A stretch of 64,000 nucleotides of DNA from Octopus sinensis (GCF_006345805.1 NW_021836291.1:186001-250000); one strand, 5' to 3'. Shown: positions 49,304-62,789, numbered from the stretch's first letter. The notes: a model not told the origin generated them from the sequence alone. A program made the numbers and translations.

Positions 49304-50045
49304 ATGTTTTCCTCTATTGTACGCCGACTGCCCAAATTAAGGCCTCAGATAATTCCAAAATTGTCCAATTTAACTCAATCTGTCCGTTTAATGTCAACCA
49401 CAAAAAATCCAACCAACTCAAACCAATTTTTATCTTTAATAAAAGAGAAAATAAGATATGAGAAAGACAGTATGGATAATGAACCCATTTCCTTTCCCGG
49501 ATTTGAAGTGACTCTTAAAGGATCCTACGTGGAACTGTCAAAAAACCACGAATCGGAGCAAATTACAGTCAGTTTTCACGTGAATGACAGCATTGAGTCA
49601 GATTACGATACACAAGAAGACGAGACCGAGGTAGTATCGTTTAATATGACTTTTTAGATTATGTCCAGGCCAGAATTCACAATTCAAGTTACAAATAAAG
49701 CTAACAGAAAAATGTTATTGCAATGCAATTTTGATGACAATATCGAAGAAAGTGAACAACCAAATGGTTGTGGGTTTCAATTCATGCTTAGTCGGATTTG
49801 TGATCGAGTCAGTGGCTTTTAACAAGAGCGGAGATCTCACAGACATGGACTATCAATTTTTTGACTGTTCTAATCAACTTGATAGTGATATATACGATTA
49901 TTTGATGGATTTTCTTGAAGCTCGGGGAATTGGATCTGATTTTGCTAGTTTGTTGTGTGACTTTTCGACAAAATATGAACATGGTTTATACACCAAGTTC
50001 TTGGGGGATATGTATGGCTTTATGGACGATTGTGAACGTCCTTGA
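49304..50045 (+). CDS. C1QBP: Mitochondrial acidic matrix protein p32/MAM33, multi-exon
   Basis: Basic presequence, then E-I-VSFHVN, SRPEFTIQV and LDSDIYDYLMDFLEARGI..FA..L..FSTKYEH.LY.KFL. Confidence 0.85.
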
Positions 50046-50561
50046 TTGATACTTTGTGGCTGTCTTTGTTTGACTATTACTTTATCTATTTGGTCTAACA
50101 GTGGTTATGAGTATAACTAGATTTATTAAAATATTAGTCGGGGTTATCTCAGTGGTGTCATCTAGTTAGAATAACAGAGGAGGATATATTAAAACAGAAA
50201 AACACTTTTTGATATTAACAAACATTGCTATCTTCAATAACATAATTAGAAAGATCTTTAATACAACATTTTTATGATTTTAACAATAAATTCAGGCGCA
50301 ATTTAAAATTTACAGTTATTGACAAAAAATTACTGATTATTTTTAACAATGTTAGTTTTCCGCTAAATTCTAAGGTTTATAATCAACAAAGAATAGTAAT
50401 GTACAAAATAATAGCAAATTTTTATAAAATTTTGTAAAACAACGTTTATTTTTGGAGAACCTTTGTTTTCGAAACACCAAGCGTCAGTAGTGTTAAATTT
50501 ATTCTAATTTAAGTACGAAAAATAAATTAAAATAGAACAAGAAATATTGGAAATGACAAAC

Positions 50562-51134
50562 TTAGATATCTCCAGTCATTAGAGCTACAAATTCCTCAAA
50601 GTTGACTGGAAAATATAAACAAATAACAAACTCTGTCCGTCGCCATCGACATCGAACTCACTGATCATTGCTCGAAGAACTTCGTCGTCCACGTTTTCCC
50701 CAATTTCACTAGAAAATTATTTTAAAAAACAAACCGAGTAATTCTTCTGAGTTTTCCGACTGAAATAAAGCCAGATCCGTCATCGTCGAACAAGTCAAAA
50801 GATCTCTTCAGGTCTTCCATTGGATCTCGCTTTAAGGTCAATTCGGTGGCTTGAAATGACATTTTTTGTAAACCAACTCGGAGAAACTCGCTGAGAGTGA
50901 TTCGTTCGTTCGGGTCCTTTGCACAATCTGCCATGTATTTGATGGCCTCCTGCTTTTTCATGTCAAATCCGAGGGACCGAAGAGCAGACTACATTGCAGA
51001 GGAAAGGGAAATACTTTAAACTCGTAGTAATCAATTTCACCGTCTTTATCTGAGTCAAAGATTGCAAAAACTTGTTCTATTTCGTCTTTTTGGTCTTGTT
51101 TTAACGTGCGATTTTGCTTTTTTGTTTTATTCAT
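50562..51134 (-). CDS. CETN3: Centrin-3 (4 EF hands); start codon uncertain
   Basis: EIEQVFAIFDSDKDGEIDYYEF, RSLGFDMKK, RDP.EDLKRSFDLFDDDGSG, GENVDDE.LRAMI.EFD.DGDG and the CETN3-type end MTGDI*. Confidence 0.85.
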
Positions 51135-51451
51135 CAGCTAATATAGGAAAGTTATTTAAAACTATAGAAACAATAAATAATATATTAAAAATTTATATAT
51201 AATTAAATTAATGATATTTTTAAAATTTTGAAATAATCTTGTCCTTAATGCCTTGTAGGTCCACCTCATTAACCAGAGGCTGATCTCTACGGCGCAGTTA
51301 ACCTATCTGATAGAAATACTATCCTTCCCTATCACTTACTTATTTAACTAAAAGATGAAATTAAAAAAGTTTTATTTTAATATTAAAATTGTTGTTAATT
51401 TTTAAATGTAATATAATTAATAAAAACGCTTTTCTTTGTAGTGACTAAGTT

Positions 51452-52386
51452 ATGAGCCGGAGACCACCTCATTCATATCGAAATTTTCCTCCCTATGGTC
51501 ATTATAAGTTTAATAAAACTATTTAATAAAATTAGTCCGACACAATGGCCGCCCAACAGGTATTTCAATCACCCACCTAATCGAATGCCTCCAAATTATC
51601 CACAATATGGAATATATGGTCGTCCACCCCCTCCCTATCCAATGCCATATTTCCCTCCATCATTTTACCCCCCTCGATTGCCTCCAATGGTAATTCCTAT
51701 TTGTTCATTTCCAGCAACATTTTTATTATGGACCAAATATTCGACCCAACAAAAAAACCTTTCAAAAAATAGTAAAGCACAGATTCAACCATTTTTGCGA
51801 CACTTGTGACCGTGGATTTGAATCTGCTGAGCTTTACTCAGTCCATCTATCCCAACACCGCTCAGTACTTGCCAAAAATTACATTTCAGTGTCCCTATGA
51901 AGATTGTAAATACGTTGCTGTCGAAAAACTAATAGAAAAACATATAAATAATGTTTTTTTTACATGTTTTTATGTTTTATAGCACCATCGTTCTGGATTG
52001 GCCACTAAGATATGGAAGGACAGTAGTGAGGATATCCAAAAGTGGAGGGAAGAACGCATGAAGTATTTCTCTCTCTTTAAATCACTTAGAAATTACCCGA
52101 CTGCTACCAAGATCTTGGAAAGTAAGAAATTGGGGCATGAAAGAGAAGGAAATGCAAACAGGCGGTGAGTTAATTAGTCTAATTTTGTAGTATTAAAAAT
52201 GGAAGATCAGGAAGGAGAGAAAATTGGAGAAAGAGGTCTTTTGGTGGTGATTCTGAGACATTGTTGGAGAAAGTTAGTGTTGTTTTGGATTTTAAGTTAT
52301 TGGCTGATGAGATGGATTGTGAGAGAGATCAGATTCTGCAATGTGTAAGATTCGTCTGTACTTATATGTTGCCAAATTCTGCATAG
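51452..52386 (+). CDS. NUFIP1: NUFIP1/Rsa1-like snoRNP assembly factor, multi-exon
   Basis: Pro-rich N-terminus, FCDTCDRGF zinc finger, CPYEDC, KWREERMK-NYPT and ERDQILQCVRF at the C-terminus. Confidence 0.85.
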
Positions 52387-52449
52387 TTTTGTTATTTTGT
52401 TTTTATAATGCATGTATATCTGGTTTTTATTAGTGGCTTGTGTAGCAGA

Positions 52450-54400
52450 CTATACTTGTTGGGGAATATTTGTTGAAATAAACTAAACTTATTAAATAAT
52501 GAATGTTTATATTTAACCCGAAGTCGAGAGAGTAATAAAAAAGTTATGTAGTTAAGGAATGGTTGTGTTGTGAAACCTAACATAGACTCTTCGCATTTTT
52601 GACTGTTTCTAAAAAAATCGTGAATTATCTGTAATTGTTGAAGGACTTTATTAATGCGCCGATTGTTTCAGTCGAGTTTTCTATCAAGTCGCTAAGCGGA
52701 GTATCCATTTTACGCTTGAAGGCTAATTTTGTTGTTTTGTCAGAAATGTAAAGATTTTGTTTTTTTACATCGAAAAGAATTCCACTTTCCTATCTATTTG
52801 AAAGTCCTGGTTCGATCACAATTTTGTATATGTAAACAAGTGTATTGGTATTCAAATAGAGGCAAATCAAACTCTTTAGGATTTTTGTTGCTTTCTTTTT
52901 TTCAATAATAATCCATTGATTCTCTTTTTTTATTGTCAAGATTACGGAGACTCCGAGTCTGAAGAAATTACGATATTTAAATTATTAGGCTGTCTCACTT
53001 TTTTTCTTCAATATGTGTGTAACTGTAAATTTTTCTGATTATAAGAAGAAACTTTTTTGCACCAGTTTTTGATTCTCAAAACTAAATTGAGAAACCTCCG
53101 TTGTGAATCCATCAATCTCCAAAACATTTCCGAGTCATGTCATTTGATTGAATTTTTTCAATTTTTTGTGGAATTGGAAAAGACAAAAAGGCTGGAAACC
53201 CGATTGCTGATCATTAAAAATTTGGTGCTCTCAACGTGGAAAGATAGTTTTCTGAACACGATTTTCTCCATTATTCTCGACAATGAGGTGATAAGACTTA
53301 TAGGTCTGAAATCGACAAAACGATCTGTTTTTTCCCCAATTTTGATATTATCCCTACTTCTGACCGTCTCCAGTCAGATGGTAAACAACCACAAAACCAA
53401 CTTTATTGAGAATCTTAATCACTAAAAGAAACAATCCATCTGGTGCATTCATTGTATACCGGGTATGTTGTTTTTGACGTTATTATCAATTGTTTTCTCC
53501 ATAGTGATCCCATTATATTTATTTGAAAAGTATTTCAAGCAGTCTTCCAGTTGAATTTTTATGAGTTCTTGACGATCAAGTTATCGACACATTTTGTAAA
53601 TTCCTGTCTAATCTTGGTTTTTCTTTTCTTTATTTGCAAATCTCTTCATTGTGAGAATTTCTTTTTTGGTCCTTTTTTAAGGATAACTTTTTGAGAATAT
53701 GTTTCAAGGAAAATTAAAATTAGTTTCCTGAGGTCAGAATTAATTTTTTCCAATCGTCCTATTGATTTAATTGGTTCAATTTTCTTCATATCAAGCTCTA
53801 TGTTTATGCATATCTACCCCATTTGTCCTTAAGATTGGAAATTCAACAATTTTGAATTAGCAAAGCAGAAACAAAAAATAACTCTAAGCAATCACCTCCA
53901 TGAGGTTAATAGTGGTTCGGATCTGGCGACGTTAGAAAGTGAAGACCGTAATCTTCAGAAAGTTTTAGCAGAATCTGGCCATCTCGGTTCGTGCTTTTGC
54001 AGCCATAATCAATGTGCTTAGAGTTATAATCGTCAAACATTATCCCAAGGTTATTTAATAAAAGGAAATTTTGAAATATTTGCGGGTATGTTCCAAATTT
54101 TTTTCAATACATGGCCTCAATAGCGATCCATCCAATTTCTATTTTTAATTTGAAATTTTAGTTTAAAAGGGTTTTCTTCAACAATTCTACAGTTTCTCGT
54201 CACTAAGTTATTCATGTAGAAGATTAAAGTTCCAGTTTCTCGTCAATTCTGGTAAAATAGCTGCCTTCTTGCATGAGCGTTATCAACTTCATTAAATTCC
54301 CCTTTTGTTTGTTAGAGAAGCTTTTTCCATGCTTAATGGCCGTAATTTGTTCCCTTAATCATTCAATTGGTTATTTTTCACATATTCTTTTGTGTTGAAG
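52450..54400 (-). mobile_element. Decayed APE-type LINE (I/Jockey/CR1-like); ends approximate
   Basis: DFRPISLITSLSRIMEKIV (RT domain 2) near 53300 and DYNSKHIDYGC..TNRDGQIL (APE) near 53990; many stops. Confidence 0.7.
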
Positions 54401-55260
54401 GTCAGAAACACAGGCCCCACGCTCCACTATTGTAGCACGTGCCCTAAATTTGATATCTCTGCATAGCAGACTATTATTGTCTTGGAATAAACTTGCTAAA
54501 TAAATTTTTCTATTTTTGATTTTCTATTGTTAAATACTCATTTGAACACACAGTTGATCTAATGCATCTGTTGAAGCTTAAAAAGATAATTAATTTATCC
54601 AGGTTCCCTTAAATAGTCTTCAATCTACATATTCTATGAAAGTAGAAATGAAGACTATGTAAATAAATACAGTCACTAAATAGTCCAGGAACGTGATTCT
54701 TCTTGTTTGAAAGCTTTTTTGTTCTTTGCAAAACGGAAATCTATTTTTTAGAAAACAAAATGGAAATTATGTGAGGTGATGTAAAAATATCGTTCGATGT
54801 TTACTAACTCAATTGTGTCGTAAATTTATATAATATGTATCGGCGGATGATTCTGATGAAATCATTGAGTCAAACAAAACTAGCTAGAACTATTTGTCCT
54901 TCATAATAAGAAAGAAATCTAATTTTCTAAATGAAACGGAAATTCTCATAGCATTAAACATAAATGACAAATTAAATACAAAAAACACGAAACTCGCGGC
55001 TTTTTCGAATTGAAAAAGCAAAAACACGAAAAGAAAAAGCAAATATGTCGAATTAATTTAAACATTTATCATGTAAATAACCAGCCTAAATAACTTTATA
55101 AGTAAATTCAAATAAATCGACTATTGAAAATCCAGCAGAAACGTTGTTAATTCAAAACGTGTCAAAAATGCACATTTGGTCCTACCTGGGCTAAGAAAGC
55201 TAAAAAAGTTATATAATAAGACAAAAAGAAATTAATTATTGAAAGTGAAACAAAGGCGAT

Positions 55261-55885
55261 CTAAAAACGCATCGCGTGAGGACGGTCGCCCCTCTGAAGG
55301 AAAAACTCCGCCTTCAAATATCCCATCAACGACTTGGGGTCATCTCCCTTCTTGATGGCACTGACAACGGAGGCATCCACTTGTTTCTGAATGGCCATCC
55401 ACTCATTCTTCCACCCTTCTTTCTCAACCTCGTCAGTCATCTACAAATACTCATCCTCAAATACTTTTCTGACTGATCTAAAAAACGAGTCATTCACTTT
55501 CTCGGGGAGAGACAGACAACACAAATCGACCTTGGTAGATGTAGCAATCACGTGTGTGGCATTTACTCTCCTTATGGGCACTCCGTTGACTGAGAATGGA
55601 CCTGTCACACACAGGAATCCAGAGGCCAGTTGACTAATAAACACAACTCTCTTGACAATTATGTTTTTTGATTTACTTTTCCTCGATGGCAGCCTGTCAG
55701 CAGAATTAAAATTGTTCCCGGAGTTATTGAACTGCGAAGTTTACGAGTGTGCTGGGAATATGCCTTTTTGTTGGTCTTTTTAGGAAGTTGGGCAACATTT
55801 GGATTCCTTCGCCTTCTCTGTTTGGACTAAAATGCCAATTAAAACTACAAACTATTTTAGAGTTAGATGTTTGAACCACGTCCAT
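55261..55885 (-). CDS. RPL6: Second complete eL6 gene with the same 3 introns
   Basis: 625 bp like 16866-17490, with a few substitutions (MDVVQTSN vs MDVVLTSN). Homology extends only ~70 bp into each flank. Confidence 0.92.
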
Positions 55886-56143
55886 CACAACAAGTTAAAG
55901 TAAAATTTTACACGTGGATTAAATGTTTTATTAAATTAATAAAAAATAAATTATATAAAATATTTTTCTTTGTGTCTTGTAAAATGCCTAAAAGTAGGAT
56001 CGAAACACAATAAAACTCTTGAAAAGATTCGAGAAAAAAAACTTATATGGAAAATTATCAAAATAGTTAATTAAAGTTTTTTTATTTAACATTAATCATT
56101 AATTTAAAATAAAGTAATAAATTGTTTCTGTACTTTGTTGTTG

Positions 56144-58451
56144 ATGTTTGCTAATTACCAAGAAAGTGTCACAATTCCAACAAAATATAGCAAAATATAC
56201 AAAGATGAGTGCTTATTTTCGTTCGATAATAAAGTATTTAATCTAAAACCATTTTAGTTTTCTGAAAATGGAATATTTCTCTGCCTAAAACATCACATAG
56301 CTGTCGGTAAAAAATATCTCGAAGAATACTCGGCAAACCAAAACTCTCAATTCTTCCTCAACCTTCGATCTACGAAAACCATTTCAAGCTCAGATGACTC
56401 AAAACCAACCAAATTGGCCATAGGAGTAGAAGGAGGATTCAACATAAATACAACCCAAACTCAAATCGACACCAACACTCTCTGTGTGATGCCTGGATTC
56501 GTCGTTGTTGACTTACAGTCCCCAGAAATCCCCCAAGAAATGAAAGAAATACTGGAAACCCTCCAAAAAATGGAATCAGCATATCAATTATACCAAAATA
56601 AGAAAAACGCGGGAAAATGGGAGGGAGAACAGCTCAAAGAGTCCATGTAACAGTCATTTTTGAGTTTCAGAGTTGCACGTGATTTATTCCAAGTGGAGTT
56701 TTGTGGTCCTTTGAGTCTGTCGAGGTGTGCTGACTGTGATTTGGAGAAGAATTTGTGGCTCAACCTGAGTGATGGTTCAGTGCGGTGTGGAAGGGGCTAT
56801 TTTGACGGTACAGGTGGAAGGAATCACAGTTTGAATCATTTTGAGAGGACTGGATATCCCCTGGTGGTTAAACTGGGGACATTGTCACCTGATAATCAGC
56901 CAGGTTGTGTGTTGTGGTTGATTTAAGATGTTTATTCGTACATTGAGGACAATATGGTGATTGATTCTTGTTTGGATCAGCATTTGAGGCATTGGGGGAT
57001 TGATTTGGCTTGTATGATCAAGTCGGACAAGTCCATGGCCGAGTTGGAGATTGAGCTCAATTCCAACCACCAGTGGGCCAGTATGAGGGAAGTCAACCAA
57101 CTGTGTCCTCCTCTCTACGGCCCAGGACTCACAGGAATACACAACATTGGGAATACGTGTTATATAGCTTGTATACTACAAGTATTGGCCTCAATCAAAC
57201 GTTTGGCACTTTGGTTTGTTTAATTTCTGACATGACTAGTGTGGAGGAAAGGTGGACTGGCATTACACAAGTCATTCCTGTTGATATTGAGAAAGATATG
57301 TTATTCCAACTGTAGTGGAGGAGGGTTGACTTTGTAGGAATAAGGTTGTGACTGGTCTGAATTCGGGTGATTATTCCAAAGTGGGAAATAGTGATATTGA
57401 GGGGATATATCCTGTGGGCTATGTCAATGCTCTCAATATGTCGTACAGTCAATTCGGGAATGGCACTCAACAGGACGCCTATGAGTTTTTTGAATGTTTG
57501 GTGGATGATTTGTTGGTGAGGATTATTTGTGTTATTATAGACTAAGCAATCTGATAATATTTTTGGAGGTTTGTTTGTTTTTGAGACACTTACGACAATC
57601 ACGTGTGCTGAGTCTGACCATCCGACTGACCCTCTGAGACACATTCGAACACCAATGACTTCCTTGTCTCTCTTTCTTACGAATGGAGGTGTTTATCTGT
57701 CTTATTCCTTGTAGAAAAGGACGGAGAAATATTCAGCAATTTCGATCAATGTATTGCCAGGTTAATGGAGGGTGACAATATTGATAACTACTATTCCCCC
57801 TTTGTGGACAGGAATGTGGTGGCTAATAGGTGGGGGTCTCTAATATTGCAGTAAAACTATGTTTATTTCACTTCCTCAAATACTTGTCATTCGGTTGTGT
57901 CGATTTACAGTCAATTCGGATTGGCAGCCCTTCAAAATTGGTTTTATTTGTTTTTAATGAAAGAAACGCCGATAATAATGCCGGAATATATTGATTTGTC
58001 ATCATTTATAACCCACGTGCCTTCTACTGGGGATATTGAAGTGGCGGGTAAGGTTGAGGTGGATGATGAAAAACTTGTCCAACTCATTTCGATGGGCTAC
58101 GAGTTGGATGTGGCGAAGACAGCATTGCTCAATTGTGGCAATGACATTAACATTTCTCTCGACTGGATTTTGGAGCATTTGGACGACTATCACCAATTTG
58201 TGCAGAAGGTCGAGACTTCGCCACCCAGGTCGGGAGATAAATGCACTGGGGGTTGTTTTGTGGGGTTAGGTGTATTAGTTTATCGAATGCTGTCATTTGT
58301 AAGTCACGTGGGTAGTTCTACGGAACGTGGTCACTATTTGAGTCATATTTTGAAGAATGAACAGTGGGTTATATTCGACGATGCAAAGGTATGTCAGTCC
58401 GTGTCTCCTCGTCCTGAATTGGGATATATTTATTTCTATGAAAGTATTTAA
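56144..58451 (+). CDS. USP5: Ubiquitin C-terminal hydrolase USP5/USP13 (isopeptidase T), multi-exon
   Basis: IYKDECLFSFD, ZnF-UBP (C..CDLEKNLWLNLSDG..RCGR..FDGTGG..H), Cys box GLTGIHNIGNTCY, QQDAYEFF, one UBA, and His box HVGSSTERGHY. Confidence 0.92.
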
Positions 58452-59334
58452 CTGTTTCTTTTAAATGTTGATCTTTCATTTCCCGTTTGTTACTTCTTTT
58501 TTATAAGTTTGGGCCATAAACAGGAATAAAACACGATGAACTAGCTAAGGATATTATTTTAATTTGTTTATTTTTTCTACGTAATGAATACGGCCTTGTT
58601 TTCAAGTTACTGCGTAAATACTCTTTTATTTGAGAAATACAAAAAGTCTATTTTATTAGAAGTCACATTTCTTGAACTGGTCGGATTAGGTTTTTGGTTT
58701 AAAAAGTCAAAAAACAAGTCACATCCTAACTAGGGGCGTCATTAGTTAATAAGAAAAAAGAATGTTTTTACAGCAGCTCGTCTGATGGTCAGAAGAATAT
58801 TCATTTTATTGACTGTTAAATTTTTAAATTTTATGTGATAATTGTATATATTTATTAAAACATATATGAGTGAATACATCAATTCTGGTGTGGTTGCGAT
58901 GATTTATTTAAGGACTCGGTTTAATAGGAGCTGGTCTTGTCTCAATTGGAATCGGCTTTTATGCCACCATCCGTCGTGCCCAACACTCAGATATAATTCC
59001 CGTACAATCTTTTAACCATTGTTTAGAAACCCGATGCGACCAGATTTGCACTTAAGGCACTCTGCTACTCCACTGTAGGAGTGGTCTGCACTTTTGCTGT
59101 GAGTGCATTTGCTGTCTCCCACCTTACAGGGATATCCTCGGTAGTTGGTTCTGTCCATTTTTAGGTGAGTCAATTCCATCAAATTATGAGGACTAAATTC
59201 CCCGTTAATGTTAAGAAGGATGAAACATCCGAAATTAAAACTGGTCAACAGCTAATTGATTATTTAACTAAAGCTTAAATTTTTACTTTTTTGCTTTTAA
59301 AAATGTTTTGTTGATACGTCAAATCACTCCATTA

Positions 59335-60024
59335 TTTAGGGGTTGTCCGTTTTGACGGAAAATTTAAAATAAGTGATTTTCTAATATCTTAGTCTCCTGA
59401 TTTTAACTTTATAATTTGGCTGTTAGTTCTAGTATTCGGAACAACTTAATTTTTGAACTGAAATGATTTTCATTTAAACTTTGAATCCGTTTTGAGACAG
59501 CATAAAAACGTCCGATTTTTTAGGGAATTATTTGAAAGTATTTTCAAAGGATACACTACTGTCAAATTGAAAGTTTGAAAAAATGAATAAATTATAGCTA
59601 TAGCAACAAATGTCCATTCAAGGTGACTCGCCTCGTCCGACCGAAAAGACAGATATGTACTATCGGACATCGGGCATACCAAAGCGATTCAACGAGCCAA
59701 GTATTTTTAATTAAAATTACACTTACGGCATGTTTGCCCACTATGGCGAAAATAAACAAAATCCGATGTATCGAACGACTAACAACGACTATGGTTCACG
59801 TCCACCCAATGTCCACACAATGCCAGTTGTTTTCCACGTTAAGTCTCAGAAATTCACAAAAGTATAACTCAGAATAATTTAAAGCATCTGGGAGAATGTG
59901 GGATGTACAGGAATCACTCTCTTAACACACATATCAAAAAACCTTACGTTGATTACTAATTTGATAAAATTATTACTAAATATAATACTTTCATATTTTT
60001 TTCTTTTTGAAGCAGTTGGTTCCC
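59335..60024 (-). mobile_element. Possible decayed Merlin/ISXO2-like remnant
   Basis: Only VNHS and VESLW-like motifs plus a GGGGTTGTCC end-like sequence; weak. Confidence 0.25.
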
Positions 60025-60032
60025 GTTTATAG

Positions 60033-61120
60033 CAGTGTTTCTCAACCTTTTTTTCCCTGAGGCCCATTTTCAGGGTCATATAAAATCTCAGGCCCATTGC
60101 CTTTAATAAAACTTTGATTAACAAAAAAGTATTTTTATTAACATAAAAAATCTTATTAAAATGTCAATGACTACACTGCTCTTGATGTCTATCTATCAAT
60201 TTGTCAAGTTGAATTTCCAGATCTTGGTTCAACCTCAAACGTAAGTCTCCTCTCTTCTCAATCTGCAATTGATTGCGTTTTTTTGTGAGTAAATCGTTTG
60301 TTGCAGAAAATCCTGTCTCAACCAACCAAGTGGTGGGAAAGCCAAGTACAAACGGAACAACTTTTTCAAAGAGTAATGGATGAATCGATTCTACTTTCAT
60401 CCATCCATATAAGCCATCCCTTTCAATATTTTTCATTAATACTTTGTTCTCCTTCAGTTCAAGAAGTTCTCCAGCAATAATAGGATCAATGTCTTTTTCA
60501 CTTAATACGTCAAAATGTGCTATATCTATAATCCAACTAGGCGGATTCATTTCGATGATATCTTTAAATCTTCTAGTCATATCTTCTTTCAAGCATTCAA
60601 GTGGTCAGTGCAGCTTGCGATTACTTCTGAGCTCGGAGCAGTTTTGGCAACATTACAAAAATAAGCAAATTCATTTTTTTGAAATAGCTGCGCTCCTTTC
60701 CAACAGAAGCAGGATGCTTCAACTGTTGATGGGCGAACAATTTTGATTTCTTCATGGAAACATTTGTCATTACTAAGCCACAGTCCACACATTCAGGCCT
60801 CTTAGAATCAGCACTTGATGGGATGAAGCCTAGTAATAAAAAATCAGTCTGGTATTTGCGTGTAGTCTTCCTTTTTTCCTTGTGTACTTTTGACATGAAC
60901 TATACAATCAGGCCTATAATATTTAAATTTAAATATGACAATATCATTAAATTAAAAACAAATCAAATCAATTTGAAAATAATAACGAATAAAGATTTAT
61001 TAGTATTAGTATTAACATATTTTCTTTGAGGCCCACTCCAGGCCCAATTAAATCTTCAGGCCCATTTCAAAATTTCTCAGGCCCACAAGTGGGCCTGGGG
61101 CCCAACGTTGAGAAACACTG
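60033..61120 (-). mobile_element. Buster-group hAT deletion derivative (ZBED5/FAM200-like)
   Basis: TIR CAGTGTTTCTCAAC; 8-bp TSD GTTTATAG; BED finger (RKYQTDFLLLGF..PECVDC..H..LKH) joined to the C-terminus FPTTWLVETGFS..KKRNQL..RGDLRLRL. Confidence 0.93.
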
Positions 61121-61389
61121 GTTTATAGGATTACTTTCCTTTTTAAAATTTTTTTAGGTTTTTTAAAATAAAAATTATAAATAATTTGTTTTATATTCCA
61201 AGAAAAGTTGAAATTCAGAAAATTCTTAATTTACTTGACCACAAAATTATATTTGCGGCTTTAAATATTTTTATATCAATATCACTTCGTATGTGTCTTA
61301 TATATACTGAATAGTAGCTATTTGTATAATAAAGACTGTCGCACGTAGTCGATAATATTATGGGGAATTATTATACATTTATTTCAGGC

Positions 61390-61820
61390 AAATATTTCGA
61401 ATCTCAATACCTTAACTTGGATATATCAACACATGATATGCCAACAGAAACATCAAGTAACTTTGATTAAAATATTTCAGCCTCTACTTCATTATGTTCT
61501 TCTGGAAGTTACGTCCTCCATTGTGAGTCCAACTGATTTAATATTCCTAAATAGTCAATAAAACGATCTCTCAGACAATTGAGGATTTGTCAGAAAATGT
61601 TGATTCTTCTCAATATAATGCCAAAAGTAACTTGCCACACAGTCTGTGCCAACTCGACAATCTCGATGAGTTTATTGCTTTGGAAAATTTCGGTAAACAT
61701 TGAAAATAAGAAAAATTCACAGCAACAAATTGGAAAGTCGAAGATACTGATGAGGAATCTTCTAGGGATTTCAAAGTAATGTCTACTATTTTTGAAGACG
61801 AAGAAGAATACAATTAGTTA
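61390..61820 (+). CDS. Hypothetical acidic multi-exon gene fragment
   Basis: Candidate tiny introns (e.g. GTAACTTTGATTAAAATATTTCAG) join frames ending ...VEDTDEESSRDFKVMSTIFEDEEEYN*. No recognised homology. Confidence 0.25.
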
Positions 61821-62386
61821 ATACTTTAAAACATTTAGCTTTTTGCTATAATTTTCGTTTAAACTTGAACTAAGAGTTTTGGGCTTCAGCTCCACCCAAT
61901 AAAAAGAAAAAAAAAGAGATTAAACTCATTTTAGATTAATTAGAATAAATAGTTGCTTTTTCTTTTTTTCTTGTTAAAAAACTGTGTGGCTGGCACAAAA
62001 GGGATCTTAATCCGAATAACGTTTTTTGGTCCTGTAAAAGTGGTATTAATAATAAGAATTTCAAAGAAATATTCCCCCAATGATTAGAGGTTTTTGATAG
62101 AATATTAATTATTTGAAAAATTTATTCGATATTTTGATAATGGAATTTTTATATTAACTGAATGCTATGTTTACTGAAAGATTGCGATTTATTTTGCGAA
62201 GGGAAAATTGACATCTAAAAAAGTGAAGGAAACATAAAGGAGTAGCTAAATGCTTGTATTTGCAGCTGTGGAATAATTTGGAATCGGAAAGGCCAAAAAG
62301 CTCAAAATTAATTTAGTCCAAACTCTTGCGGCCAATGAGTTTGTCTGAATAAAAAAATAAAATAATCAGAGTTTTAATTTCCTAGA

Positions 62387-62745
62387 CTTTTTTTTTTATT
62401 TTACAAACGAAAAGAGTTAAAATGCGCAGCGGATCGACTGGCAATTCCCGCGCATGATGGCCAATGAGATCCTTTGAAAGAGTCTGATCGACTCGTTGGG
62501 ATCTTTCGTGGCAACCACGAGCTTAGATCCAAGGCGGCGGAGAAACGATAGCGTCTGCGGGCCGATGACTCCAGAGGTTTCCACCGCGACTGCAGTGAAT
62601 TGGTGATTCTTTGCCAGGACCCGGTACTTCTTCTGTTTTGTTAGTTCCGCCTGCTTTGCAACTGAGCCCGGTTCCGCAGCGGAGGCAATTAGATTCTTGG
62701 CGGAGAAAGTGTCGGAGCAGGTGGCGTCCCAGATAAGAGAAGGTC
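62387..62745 (-). mobile_element. CRE 3' fragment (another subfamily) with poly(A) tail
   Basis: LIWDATCSDTF..AVAVETSGVIG..FQRISLAIMRGNC; possible TSD CCTAGA. Confidence 0.88.
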
Positions 62746-62789
62746 CCTAGATTTTAGCAAATTCGGGTAATGCAGAAAATGTGCGGTTG

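Noticed and set aside
51255-51320. U4 snRNA (TGCGC...AATGAGGT on the minus strand)
   Set aside because: Spacing differs and there is no k-turn partner or Sm site with a terminal stem.
59012-59248. Cys-containing 78-aa ORF
   Set aside because: No recognisable domain, start context or splice structure to support a gene.
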